64,000 nt of DNA from Clostridiales bacterium (GCA_003343885.1 QAKH01000071.1:7357-71356); one strand, 5' to 3'; shown: positions 26,101 through 33,987, counted from the first letter of the stretch. The notes: generated from the letters alone by a model not told the origin. Program-made: numbers and translations.

Positions 26101-28640
26101 CAGAAGCAGGCGCATACGCAGCTCCGCATTTCGGAAGATATAATGATAATACATATCTGTTCTTCTCGGCAATTGGCGACCTTGGTAACGGAGAAGACGC
26201 CGGAAGCAGCGGTATAGCTTATATAAATATTACCGAACCAATTAAGAACGGCAGATTTACTCTTGTAAGCGAAAATAATACCGAGTACTATAAGCTGCAA
26301 TATACCAGTATAACCGCTCCTACAGTTTCCGCAGACGGTACCGAGATACCGTCAACTGAAGAAACAATACTCATAAAACCGCAGTACGCAGTTACCTTTA
26401 ACGGATATGTTAATAATTACAGCGTTGACATTGACGAAAATGAGCGTATGTATTTAACTTGGTCCGATATTCCGGAAGGCAAAGAAAACCAGCGCCAGCT
26501 CTTTACCTCAGTGTATGATGTAATGAGTGACGGCAGTGAGGAAAAGGTATATTCCGACTCTGTTTGGAGCGAGCCTTTTGTGCTGACGGGTGCAGAAAAT
26601 ACCGGTTACACAGATGTCGACACATTTGTGCTTAACGGAAAGCTTTATGCGGTTGCTAATAAAGCGCCATACACTGAGGGCGAATCAGGAAGTATGGTTT
26701 TGGACGAAAACTCGTCAAGCATGGTGATTGTCGAACATACTCCTTACTCAAAACTTGTTTCTGATGAGGAAAACGCACTTTCCGCAGATACCGGATATAT
26801 CTATGAAGGAAAAGAATTCGTGCTTACTTCATCTGTAAAGAATGAAGGCGTTAAGCTCGTAAAAGGACCTGTCACATTTAAATTTACCATGACAGCCGGT
26901 GGAGAAACAACAGATCTTGGCACCGTTGTTCGTGAAGAACCGGTCGGCGGCGGAAAAACCTCTTCCGCAAGCATTACAGTTCCTGCTCTTGATGAATTGC
27001 CGGACGATTTGACATTTAATGTCGCTGTAAGTGCCGACGGAAGTGAATTTTCACAGGAAATGAAGCTTGTTAAAGAATATTCGATCGTTTCTGACGGCGT
27101 TGTCACCATAGACAGACTGCAGGGCGGAATAAGAAAGTTCAGCCTGAATGTGGAAAATATCGGAAATATTTCTTCGGACGACGTGAGAGTTGTCGCGTAC
27201 ACCCTTAACGACGGCGAAAGAACCGATACGGTAGCTGATTTTGACGTTGGAGCAATTGAAGCTGACAGTATGGCATATGTAAGCGGTGTTTTGGATATCC
27301 AGGACAGCATGTATACGATCGATGAGAACGGACTCGGTACGGTTGACCTTGCGGTTTGCGTAACTGTCGCCGGAAAAGAAATATACAGCTTTACAACTCA
27401 GGACGGAAAGAGCTTTGATAAGCTTGCCATAGATACTCTTTCTAAGGTTGAAAGCTTTGACGTACAGAAAAACATCATTGCAGCAAAACCGGGCGAGCAA
27501 ATTGAAATTGTTCCAAACATAGCAGGAGATCTCCAAAACGACGACGTAAAGGTTATATGGAAGTCGGATAATACCGATGCGGTAATGGTAAACGACTTCG
27601 GCGAAATATTTGCCATAGACAATGGAAGCGCGACACTAACAGGATACCTTGTTCCGGCAGTCGAAATGATTGTTTTCGACGCTAATGCAAATACAGAAAG
27701 AAATACCATACCGGACAATATCCCCGATAACCTGATAAAAACGGCGCAGGTAAAGGTCAACGTAAATAATAAAACTACCATAATTACTTCCGGCGGAGAC
27801 AGCAAGCCTGTCACTGTTACATACCAGGTAACCTTTGAAACTAACGGCGCTGGTGAGATAGGAAGTGTTGAAGTCGTCGAAAACGGCGTTGTTTCAGATC
27901 TTCCGACACCTGTAAAAGAAGGCTTTACCTTTGACGGTTGGTTTACGGACACTGCCCTTACCGTGCCTTTTGACTCACAAACGAAAATAACTTCCGATAT
28001 CACGCTTTACGCAAAATGGACAGAAATTTCAGAGAATCCTGACATTTCTGACAGTTGGGAAAATCCGTTTAAAGATGTTTCGACTGACGACTGGTTCTAT
28101 GAAAACGTAAAGTATGCATATGAGAACAAGATTTTCAACGGCGTGACGGATACCGAGTTTGCACCGAACAGCCCGCTTACAAGAGCAATGCTTGTAACTG
28201 TTCTTTACAGAGTTGAGGGCGAGCCGGATACCCAAAAAGACAGCGGATTTGATGACGTTTCAAAAGACAGTTATTACAGTAAAGCGGTCGCATGGGCAAA
28301 GGAAAACGGAATAGTAAACGGTATTACTGAAACAGAATTCGCACCTGACGCTAACATTTCAAGAGAACAAATAGCGGCTATTATATACAGATATGCAAAA
28401 TTCAAAAATCAGTCACCTACCGGGGCATGGGCAATAAAGCTTGACTATGCAGACTTTGCTGATATTTCGGATTGGGCGGCAGAAGCAGTGATGTACTGTA
28501 AACTTGAAGGCATAATGCAGGGCGATGAAAATAATGAATTTAAGCCGAAAGATGACGCTACAAGAGCTCAGGCGGCTGCTATTATTCAAAGGTTTCTGGA
28601 ATGTATTGAAGCCGAGAAACAAGCGACAGTGAATGACTAA
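20157..28640 (+). CDS. giant S-layer-homology-anchored multidomain surface protein (Calx-beta repeats, ricin-type lectin, CARDB-like, Big_2, Listeria-Bacteroides repeat, 3x SLH)
   Basis: The 2820-aa ORF has these elements in order: N-terminal Calx-beta-like repeats (e.g. ISFSASKYTAMENEGEFEITVVREG); a ricin B QxW-type trefoil (AQKFKLQK, NQKWILEN); two CARDB-like modules; Big_2 (VKVIWKSDNTDAVMV); the repeat YQVTFETNG...FTFDGWFTD...LYAKWTE; and three C-terminal SLH motifs. The start is probably ATT 20157 (see findings); the track uses TTG 20178. Confidence 0.9.
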   Translation: MKFLAKRLTGIVLILSMLLPEFATMAVVQDSPQSNESSQISFSASKYTAMENEGEFEITVVREGNTDKSISVAFKAADFLAEYGVDYLVYDSDGVQLPLTEGIAPDAEDFKPVGSGETDNVELSGNSGSAFELDGVETTEEFAAGSSYAGPDNWLADNTEDQIETENNSTPAEVDKNNTSQTTRKDSGSSLMNAQAEYLDLPDENLNEISSIENALEDVHEYFESARGAMGIITFEPGETEKTFTVELIDNSKAQADKVVLFALMGVNGDENTLIEANPTAYLTIIDDEKYETPVIYPEFNEITLTEDESAYSLKLLREEGVDYYTSVTVYTVKETAAEGVDYDRIDNVKISFVPGETEKTVNVTAKAFDKDSSFGIRIEGDETCRVDNEYVRVYIQASEETVSESGEVTEVELMGERAVKYAGSATTTTTLNELGLVTGPTTGSQDGWSRKSYNSSSKWYDYGLYETYKNSGRTWISSQPTDLTGVNYVNFPHQNIGEHSFGWGNYHLFIEALSDGYQLRSYYSNPQAAIPTVYDNHGWTYTDMDVRNLNGVHYFRFGGRNDGTAADNFEVWFGNPVTFKWRLITFDTAHSPQYFERFSYDYDTKTGQKTKIPFTDGGNDYVYYPGEIYLADNSGNRITGFYGNANTFIKPVAKNAAANEKLGIELEGVYLYVKNDSELYNKNLKAPFDDIWTTDKTVWIPSSGVTLNQEFQRQLFSVFGNNLTSVKVMPKYKQREVKLNLYKADNDETYIANMDDNTDGADIADGAYYYIKSLNSNWYLADYSEGIYLSSLQNRIPISVIQSYKIDKYTKWKLVSTGDGYYNIVHVNGYYLDVRGAATANGTRIQTYESNGTDAQKFKLQKLSDGSYVIYTKVSGNKSCVDVSDYSTKAGANVHEWQYNGTSNQKWILENVENFVQYSFPINSVIKMRAEAAPKKTITGFTLVGASGTRPYTDDNAPEKISLTITENTNLYPKTEAQGMNVAYMPGALNKPSDLTNVVYRMPSVVDAETTTETTDKNGDLNIETVYSGMQWIMAVNAPEGKIVKWTNGTGDIKNVNGAIDVSPDPTINEKNENTDFGLNRGLYSPVYGNVMAGTILQNNTKYYYEFEDINSEQEKRIRGQIYRENGTFRDIVLGNELGMEPLSNSIINVAGTAGNTDSNGYFDMTVTGIPISGYVSLVITDPESGTTYTTTALANYMYAVLPAYECFKPAALSVVYGEKTHTISGTAANIYDDTLTVIASVDNCGQLVAREVKFYIVKNNGITIDCALDSRFKISFANGTASLEFNPMSVMDTGDKIYVSFVDQNGKEYKKMDIGYDFVKPLSLKEFLFPLIGSSLIEDIYESDIVTELIGDPLGDISLGKIGFDDPVTSTILPPGIDDTQYEYIRSIYKYGDFNQALKTFKSKETEDKDQATEGNKSETTADNLKDAANEAGKDTQDAAYKTQNSFTWEFSVKAAFGFCITTRQDEDGEYRYYFEELDFLVGADYDVDGEVTITLPIGMNVIVSGKLSGDVTGIYQLKTDYTGDPTWSNNKVEYSTESFGLFKEIDNVNRYVYLMLNPNIRIGLDLNYSIVTVGGGANFSFDMDFRFGLNKNKMTTKMYGDMTYWFDYHVKVLSFNVYEGKTEESTVKLFSQNANGHFDPDIMEGLLNPDGGEAELSSTLMSRDYLENSTEFSGDSFVDLYDIDAADGTVEQVLQNGVYPDAKYKAVVTGEDTALLVFIGDVPDRSAANRTGLYYSVYDGAKWSTPVLVDDDGTLDDYPEAFDLGDKVLIAWSSADRVLDDGVTVQEALTSLDIKTVFYDKETGEFDDVVRLTHTTEQDYTADVMPKAAYDESTGKIILYYTKTEYNEAVTTEDLLGNPAWESEESSGSPSVIAYRFYENGTWNGAEDYTDEELEGVADKEAYKENWYGQRFLDTRLNKDSGEMLRIVDTDAISYNGLSIYAWTVDYDKDLNTTNDRDVFMQIYNFDENSFTHVIRVTAEAGAYAAPHFGRYNDNTYLFFSAIGDLGNGEDAGSSGIAYINITEPIKNGRFTLVSENNTEYYKLQYTSITAPTVSADGTEIPSTEETILIKPQYAVTFNGYVNNYSVDIDENERMYLTWSDIPEGKENQRQLFTSVYDVMSDGSEEKVYSDSVWSEPFVLTGAENTGYTDVDTFVLNGKLYAVANKAPYTEGESGSMVLDENSSSMVIVEHTPYSKLVSDEENALSADTGYIYEGKEFVLTSSVKNEGVKLVKGPVTFKFTMTAGGETTDLGTVVREEPVGGGKTSSASITVPALDELPDDLTFNVAVSADGSEFSQEMKLVKEYSIVSDGVVTIDRLQGGIRKFSLNVENIGNISSDDVRVVAYTLNDGERTDTVADFDVGAIEADSMAYVSGVLDIQDSMYTIDENGLGTVDLAVCVTVAGKEIYSFTTQDGKSFDKLAIDTLSKVESFDVQKNIIAAKPGEQIEIVPNIAGDLQNDDVKVIWKSDNTDAVMVNDFGEIFAIDNGSATLTGYLVPAVEMIVFDANANTERNTIPDNIPDNLIKTAQVKVNVNNKTTIITSGGDSKPVTVTYQVTFETNGAGEIGSVEVVENGVVSDLPTPVKEGFTFDGWFTDTALTVPFDSQTKITSDITLYAKWTEISENPDISDSWENPFKDVSTDDWFYENVKYAYENKIFNGVTDTEFAPNSPLTRAMLVTVLYRVEGEPDTQKDSGFDDVSKDSYYSKAVAWAKENGIVNGITETEFAPDANISREQIAAIIYRYAKFKNQSPTGAWAIKLDYADFADISDWAAEAVMYCKLEGIMQGDENNEFKPKDDATRAQAAAIIQRFLECIEAEKQATVND

Positions 28641-28674
28641 ACTATAAAAATACAATTGAAAGGAGAATAAAAGT

Positions 28675-28827
28675 ATGTCAGAAGAAAAAAACAAGGCAAC
28701 AAGTGCCGAAGAAAAGAAAGAAGAGTTAAATCTTGAAGATTTGGAAAAGGTTCAGGGCGGTTCAATCAGAGACGTAAAATACACCCAAACCAAGCCAATA
28801 AGTAAAGATACTCAGGAAAAAATTTAA
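28675..28827 (+). CDS. double-glycine-leader precursor peptide (50 aa; predicted 29-aa leader and 21-aa core)
   Basis: This ORF is below the ORF-track size cutoff. RBS AAAGGAG (28659-28665) precedes ATG 28675. The product is MSEEKNKATSAEEKKEELNLEDLEKVQGG-SIRDVKYTQTKPISKDTQEKI with TAA at 28825-28827, and a terminator follows immediately. Confidence 0.7.
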   Translation: MSEEKNKATSAEEKKEELNLEDLEKVQGGSIRDVKYTQTKPISKDTQEKI

Positions 28828-28836
28828 TTTAGAGAA

Positions 28837-28881
28837 AGAGCTTCAAGGTAACCGAAAGGATTGCCCTGAAGCTCTTTTTTT
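28837..28881 (+). terminator. intrinsic terminator after the GG-leader peptide gene
   Basis: Stem AGAGCTTCAAGG / CCCTGAAGCTCT (1 mismatch) followed by a 7-T run. Confidence 0.85.
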
Positions 28882-29230
28882 GTCAAAAGCATAATAAAAC
28901 TATAATTTGTATTATAGTCTATGTCGCCTTATCATGGTCTGCTTGATTAACCACTTTTTGTTTTTCCTTTAATTGGCAGACTATTTTCGTTTTATCTATA
29001 TGGACAATTTTCTTGTCATATGGTACAATAAACATGATATATGGCAGCCTTAAAAAAATGGACTGTCGATAAATTCTTAAATAACGGCGCCGCCTATGGC
29101 TGACAAGCTAACGATTTTTTTACAGTTAAAGTTTTATTGACTGTTATAAATTATAAATAATTAATTATAGATGTTAATATAAGTATTATTTACTTAAAAT
29201 AAAGTTAGAAAAGTACAGTGGGAGTATTAA

Positions 29231-29740
29231 ATGAAACTGATATTAAGTGATAAACCGTTAAATATTACCGTAAAAAATGAAGATGTAAAATATATTGACT
29301 TGTCGTCATTAAAAATATCAAATTGCGTCGGCTGCTTTGGATGTTGGACTAAAACTCCGGGTAAGTGCGTAATCAGGGACGACGCTGTAAAGGTGTATCC
29401 GGAAATCGCAAAAAGCGACACGCTTCTTTATGTTAGTCACATAAAATACGGCGGATATGATACTGTAATGAAAACAATGCTCGAACGTGCCATACCTGTT
29501 CAACAAGCGTTCATACGATTGGTAAACGGAGAAACACATCATGTTCAGCGAAAAGTTGTACCTAAGAACGCAACTATTATTGCATATGGAGAGATAGGCG
29601 ATGAAGAAAGGGAAGTCTTTGAAAAACTCGTTTCGAGAAATGCACATAATATGTGCTTTGAGAAATATCGTATCGTTTATACTACCGAGGAAAAATTAGA
29701 GGAAATTGTAATGGGCGAGGTGAAAAAATGGGAAGCGTAA
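29231..29740 (+). CDS. flavodoxin-fold protein with an iron-sulfur-flavoprotein-type CX2CX2CX7C motif
   Basis: 169 aa with CVGCFGCWTKTPGKC. The N-terminus lacks the usual GSPR FMN loop. Confidence 0.6.
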   Translation: MKLILSDKPLNITVKNEDVKYIDLSSLKISNCVGCFGCWTKTPGKCVIRDDAVKVYPEIAKSDTLLYVSHIKYGGYDTVMKTMLERAIPVQQAFIRLVNGETHHVQRKVVPKNATIIAYGEIGDEEREVFEKLVSRNAHNMCFEKYRIVYTTEEKLEEIVMGEVKKWEA

Positions 29741-30336
29741 TAATTCTGAACGGAAGTCCGAGAGCACCTAAATCAAATTCCAAACGTTATGCAGAATTGT
29801 TTGTGAAAAGCTGTGATTGCAAAACGGAGTATTATAATATAACAAAGAACAATCACGAGGAGCTTTGCGGTAAATTGGGGGATTTTTCGGATGTGTTGTT
29901 TGTTTTTCCGCTTTACGCCGACGGTATTCCGGTAACGCTGTTAAATTTCCTGAAAAATCTCGAGAAGAATCCTCCTTTGCAAAAGCCTACAATTTCCGTA
30001 TTGATAAACTGCGGTTTTTTTGAATATCGGCAGAATGATACAGCTGTAAATATGATAGAACTGTTTTGCAAACAAAATGGATACCGTATGGGATCCGTTT
30101 TAAAAATCGGCAGCGGAGAAGCTATACTTGATACTCCGTTTAAAGTTTTTGTTACAAGAAAAATTAAAAAACTCGCAGCCTCTGTATCTAATGAAAAATA
30201 CTGCACACAGCATGCCACAATGCCAATAACCAAAGGTATGTTTCTTAAGGCTTCGACGGCATATTGGACAAAATACGGAAAGAAAAACGGTATTACCAAG
30301 GAAATGATGGAAACAATGAAAATTGAAGATCAGTAA
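29728..30336 (+). CDS. flavodoxin-like / NAD(P)H-dependent FMN reductase family protein
   Basis: The N-terminus is IILNGSPRAPKSNS. It overlaps the upstream gene by 13 nt. Confidence 0.65.
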   Translation: MGSVIILNGSPRAPKSNSKRYAELFVKSCDCKTEYYNITKNNHEELCGKLGDFSDVLFVFPLYADGIPVTLLNFLKNLEKNPPLQKPTISVLINCGFFEYRQNDTAVNMIELFCKQNGYRMGSVLKIGSGEAILDTPFKVFVTRKIKKLAASVSNEKYCTQHATMPITKGMFLKASTAYWTKYGKKNGITKEMMETMKIEDQ

Positions 30337-30391
30337 TAAGAACTCTAATCAACCGGTCAAATAGTTAAATAGCAAAAGACAGTAAAATAAT

Positions 30392-30420
30392 AAGGCGGAG
30401 CGCTCACGCTCCGCCTTTTG
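30392..30420. terminator. bidirectional intrinsic terminator between convergent genes
   Basis: Stem AAGGCGGAGCG / CGCTCCGCCTT followed by TTTT. Confidence 0.8.
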
Positions 30421-30440
30421 TAATATGTAGTTTATATAAA

Positions 30441-31127
30441 TTAAATAAGTTCTGAAATAATCCGTGAACACTCTTTTGCCAAAGCAGTATATCCGTCACC
30501 ATTTAAATGAACACCGTCATTTACGTAATATTCCGGATTATTTTTGATTACCGAGAACAGGTCACATACAGCCGAACCGTATTTGTAGGCGATTTTTAAA
30601 GCTCGTCGATTAAGGTCAAGGATGCGTTCGTAGTTGTTGCCGTACTCATTGAGATTTTGCGCATTTCTTGTAGGAGTTGTTGTAACCATGACGAGTTTTG
30701 AGTAAGTATACTTGTTTTTTAAGTACTCAACTAAACCTGATAAATGCTTTTCATAGTCGTCAACACTTAAATGTGCTCCGTGCAAACCGTTATTTATCAA
30801 AATAACTTTAATGTTTGTTATTTGCGAGGTGAAATATTCAATTAACGGGATAAATGACGGATTATCGACAGCCTTTGACGTGCCTATCCCGTCAACAAAG
30901 TATCTGCCGCCGGCAAGTTCTGTAATAATTCGCCTGTATCCGCAAGAAATGGAGTCGCCTATCACCAAAACCCGGTCAGCGTTTTTCTCAGGCGCATTTT
31001 CAAACCAAAGATTGTCCCATTCAAGGTACTCAAGGGCGTTTGTGCAGTTTTCTTCATAAGTGAAATCGCTCATTTTTAATATCTCCTTGATTTTATATTT
31101 TATTTCATGAGTATTTTCATTATCCAA
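30441..31127 (-). CDS. SGNH/GDSL-type hydrolase
   Basis: Block I is VLVIGDSISCGY, and a distal DGVHLN block supplies the catalytic His. Confidence 0.8.
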   Translation of the reverse strand: MDNENTHEIKYKIKEILKMSDFTYEENCTNALEYLEWDNLWFENAPEKNADRVLVIGDSISCGYRRIITELAGGRYFVDGIGTSKAVDNPSFIPLIEYFTSQITNIKVILINNGLHGAHLSVDDYEKHLSGLVEYLKNKYTYSKLVMVTTTPTRNAQNLNEYGNNYERILDLNRRALKIAYKYGSAVCDLFSVIKNNPEYYVNDGVHLNGDGYTALAKECSRIISELI

Positions 31128-31175
31128 TAAAGATGTCAGAATAAATTAAGCAACTTTATTAGCGTATATTGCGTA

Positions 31176-31562
31176 TTAAAATAAAATTTTCTGCTTTGTT
31201 GAAAGGATAATTTCTTTTGGCAGCTTGTAATATTTTAGCAAAGGGGAGAGGGCGTGCCCGTCAACAGAAACGATTTTCTCCGCGTAACGCTCACCGCCGC
31301 CCGAAATTTCAGCATAGATGATATCTCCGGACATGTATACACCGTTTTCGTTTTTTGAAATGCCTTCAGAATCTTCGCTCCACAGCAAATCTTTGTAATG
31401 ACTTACAAAAGCTAACAGTGCTCTTCCTTCTTTATCACCGTACCAGTCATAGTCGGACGGAGAAAAAATGCCGTCGATTGTATAATAAGAGTCGTTTAAA
31501 AGGCGGTTCCTGTTTAGGTTTATTCTTTCCCGAAGCTCTTTTTCGTCGAGCTCAATTCTCAT
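31176..31562 (-). CDS. hypothetical protein (128 aa)
   Basis: Clean ORF in the same orientation as its neighbours. I recognise no family. Confidence 0.45.
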   Translation of the reverse strand: MRIELDEKELRERINLNRNRLLNDSYYTIDGIFSPSDYDWYGDKEGRALLAFVSHYKDLLWSEDSEGISKNENGVYMSGDIIYAEISGGGERYAEKIVSVDGHALSPLLKYYKLPKEIILSTKQKILF

Positions 31563-31691
31563 GATTCATCACCATTTTCGATTTAGTGTTTTTGATTATG
31601 TCACATATAAAAAAGTTTGTTGATATCATTCAAAACAACGTACAAAGTCTTTTGCTGTAACGCTGTAAATTGTCAATGTGTGAATGTGCGA

Positions 31692-31742
31692 TAAAAATAA
31701 TATAAAACATGGCGGGCAAAGCAAGAATCTGCCTTACCCGCC
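31692..31742 (-). terminator. intrinsic terminator downstream of the ABC exporter gene
   Basis: Imperfect long stem GGCGGGCAAAGCA...TGCCTTACCCGCC (31711-31742), with a T-rich tail on the minus strand. Confidence 0.6.
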
Positions 31743-31776
31743 GGTCGTAAAGTTATATAATTACGTCAACACTGTA

Positions 31777-33642
31777 TTAAACCGTCTGGAGCGTCTGCAT
31801 TTTGTAGAACTCGCCTTTTTTCTCCATAAGCTCTTCAAAAGTACCTATTTCAGCGCATACACCGTTTTTAATAACTGCTATGCGGTCAGCGTCACGTATT
31901 GTTGAAAGACGGTGGGCGACAATAAACGTAGTCCTGTCCTTGGAAAGGTTGTTGATTGCCTTTTGTATTTCCTTTTCCGAAACACTGTCAAGTGCGCTTG
32001 TTGCCTCGTCAAAGATTATTACCTTCGGATCTCTTATCAGCGCACGGGCAATAGACAACCTTTGCCGCTGTCCTCCGGAGAGGTTTGCCCCGTGTTCCTC
32101 AAGCGGGGTATCAATACCCTGCGGCAAGGAGTTTATAAAATCAGTCAAAAGAGCTGCGTCAAGAACGGTTTTGAGCTTTTCTTCGTCTACATTCTGCATT
32201 CCGTATGTAATATTCTCTCTTATCGTACCGGTAAACATTACGCTGTTCTGTGGAACGACAGCAAGACTTTTTCTGTAAGAGTGCAGATTTATCTTTGTTA
32301 TGTCTTCACCGTCAACAAGAACCTCTCCTTTTTTGGGGAGGTTGAACCCGAGAACAAGGTTGAGAATAGTTGATTTACCGGAACCGGACTCACCGACTAT
32401 TGCAAGTGTTTCTCCTTCCTTTACGGAAAGGTTAAGCCCTCTTAAGAGAGGCTGATCATCTTCATATGAGAAGTAAACGTCCTTGAATTCATATTCGCCC
32501 TTGAGATTGGGCATCTCAAGTTTTCCTCTATTATCTTCTATATCACTCGCGCCCAAAATCTCGCCGATAGATGATATAGACTCAAAACCTTTTGTGATAA
32601 TAGGCATAAGTCCTATCAGTGTGGAAACCTGGCTTGTCAAAGTGGAAAAGTATGACTGATACATTGAAATATCACCTATTTCAATCGAGCCCTTTATCGC
32701 AAGGTATACTGAAAATACAAGGCACAGAAGCTGGAACAGCTGGAATATTACCCACGAACATGCTCCAAACAGCGCCTGGATGACGTCAAGGTGAAAACCG
32801 GTGTTGGCGACCTTGTTGAGAAGCGTCGTCATCTTGTGTACTTCTCTGTTCTCAAGTGCGTGAGCACGTGTGATCTGAGTCATCTCAACCATGTCCATAA
32901 GGTTAGCGGATGTCTGCTCCATGCCCTTACGAAATTCTCTGTTATTTTTGCTTATCGGGTTTCGGAAAGCCCTCATTGTGAGAGTAGCCGCCGGAATACA
33001 CATGATAAAGAACGCAAAAATCGTAAGGTTTCTGGTTATTACAACGACAAGGGCAGTAATCATGTTGAGAACTACCTGCGGAATGGTTGTAAACAGCTGG
33101 CTTGAAAGCATCTGTACCGTTTCAACGTCACGCATGAGCTTTGACTGAATACGTCCGGACTGCATTTCCTTATGGAATGAAATCGAGAGCTGCTGAAGCT
33201 TGCGTACAAGAGCGCCTCTCAGTCCGACTTCTACTTTTCTCATTACAACGCTTTGCAGGCTGACTCTTATCATATTCGTCGGTATATTCAGCAGTAAAAG
33301 TACTACAAGGACCGAGATATTGATGATAATGGGTGTCAGATAGTCAAACGTCTTGCCCTCAGCTACATCAACTACAACGTTTATCAGGTTTGCAGTTACT
33401 ATCGGAATTGTAATATGCGGCAAAGTTGCTATCACATAAAAAAGAACCGACAAAAGAAGCTGCAGCGGATAACGCCTGTACATTATGAGAAGTATCTTGA
33501 GTGTGCTTTTTGAATTTCCCGAATATGCCTCTATAAAATCCTTCTCGAGTATTCTTGCTTCTTCATCGGTAAATACCTTGGTGTGCGATGCCGGTATAGG
33601 GTCTTTTCGTCGAGTAAATCGCAGATGATTTTTCTTTTTCAT
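31777..33642 (-). CDS. ABC exporter, fused permease/ATPase (MsbA-like half transporter)
   Basis: 621 aa with a 6-TM domain and an NBD containing GESGSGKST, LSGGQRQR and IFDEATS. Confidence 0.9.
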   Translation of the reverse strand: MKKKNHLRFTRRKDPIPASHTKVFTDEEARILEKDFIEAYSGNSKSTLKILLIMYRRYPLQLLLSVLFYVIATLPHITIPIVTANLINVVVDVAEGKTFDYLTPIIINISVLVVLLLLNIPTNMIRVSLQSVVMRKVEVGLRGALVRKLQQLSISFHKEMQSGRIQSKLMRDVETVQMLSSQLFTTIPQVVLNMITALVVVITRNLTIFAFFIMCIPAATLTMRAFRNPISKNNREFRKGMEQTSANLMDMVEMTQITRAHALENREVHKMTTLLNKVANTGFHLDVIQALFGACSWVIFQLFQLLCLVFSVYLAIKGSIEIGDISMYQSYFSTLTSQVSTLIGLMPIITKGFESISSIGEILGASDIEDNRGKLEMPNLKGEYEFKDVYFSYEDDQPLLRGLNLSVKEGETLAIVGESGSGKSTILNLVLGFNLPKKGEVLVDGEDITKINLHSYRKSLAVVPQNSVMFTGTIRENITYGMQNVDEEKLKTVLDAALLTDFINSLPQGIDTPLEEHGANLSGGQRQRLSIARALIRDPKVIIFDEATSALDSVSEKEIQKAINNLSKDRTTFIVAHRLSTIRDADRIAVIKNGVCAEIGTFEELMEKKGEFYKMQTLQTV

Positions 33643-33987
33643 AGGAAGTCCTCCTATCCAGTCAGACGGTTAGAAACCAATATTTTATCAATATAAATCC
33701 GTGCAAAGCGAACGAAATGAAAAAATAAAAATGTGCAATCGTTCTCTTCGCATGGCTATCATATCATTTAAAAAATGCTGTGTCAATAGATTTTTTCAAA
33801 AACATAAAATAATTTTTACTTTATCTGTTTTGTGTGATGTAACCTTGCTTTTATATAAAAATTTTTTTGTAGAAATAACTCTGGTATACGCAATATTTTT
33901 GATAAATCTACTGTAAATCCTTATATTGAAAAACAAACTAAGTTGTGTTAAAATTACGGTGACAGAGCCGAAAGGATGTTTTAGCCT

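Noticed and set aside
25764-28003. Long minus-strand ORFs (178, 169, 161 and 201 aa) inside the giant gene
   Set aside because: These are antisense shadows of a strongly supported coding frame. Their Ser/Thr/Pro-rich translations match no recognisable family.
20157-28640. The giant protein as a type-I-secretion-like substrate of the upstream HlyD/ABC genes
   Set aside because: It has a classical N-terminal Sec signal peptide and SLH wall anchors. It has no GG leader and no C-terminal secretion signal. The C39 exporter is better explained by the 50-aa GG-leader peptide.
33839-33843. GTAAC upstream of the ECF sigma gene as an autoregulatory ECF promoter matching the one at 35370
   Set aside because: No CGT-type -10 element lies at the required 16-17 nt spacing, so only the -35-like pentamer is shared.
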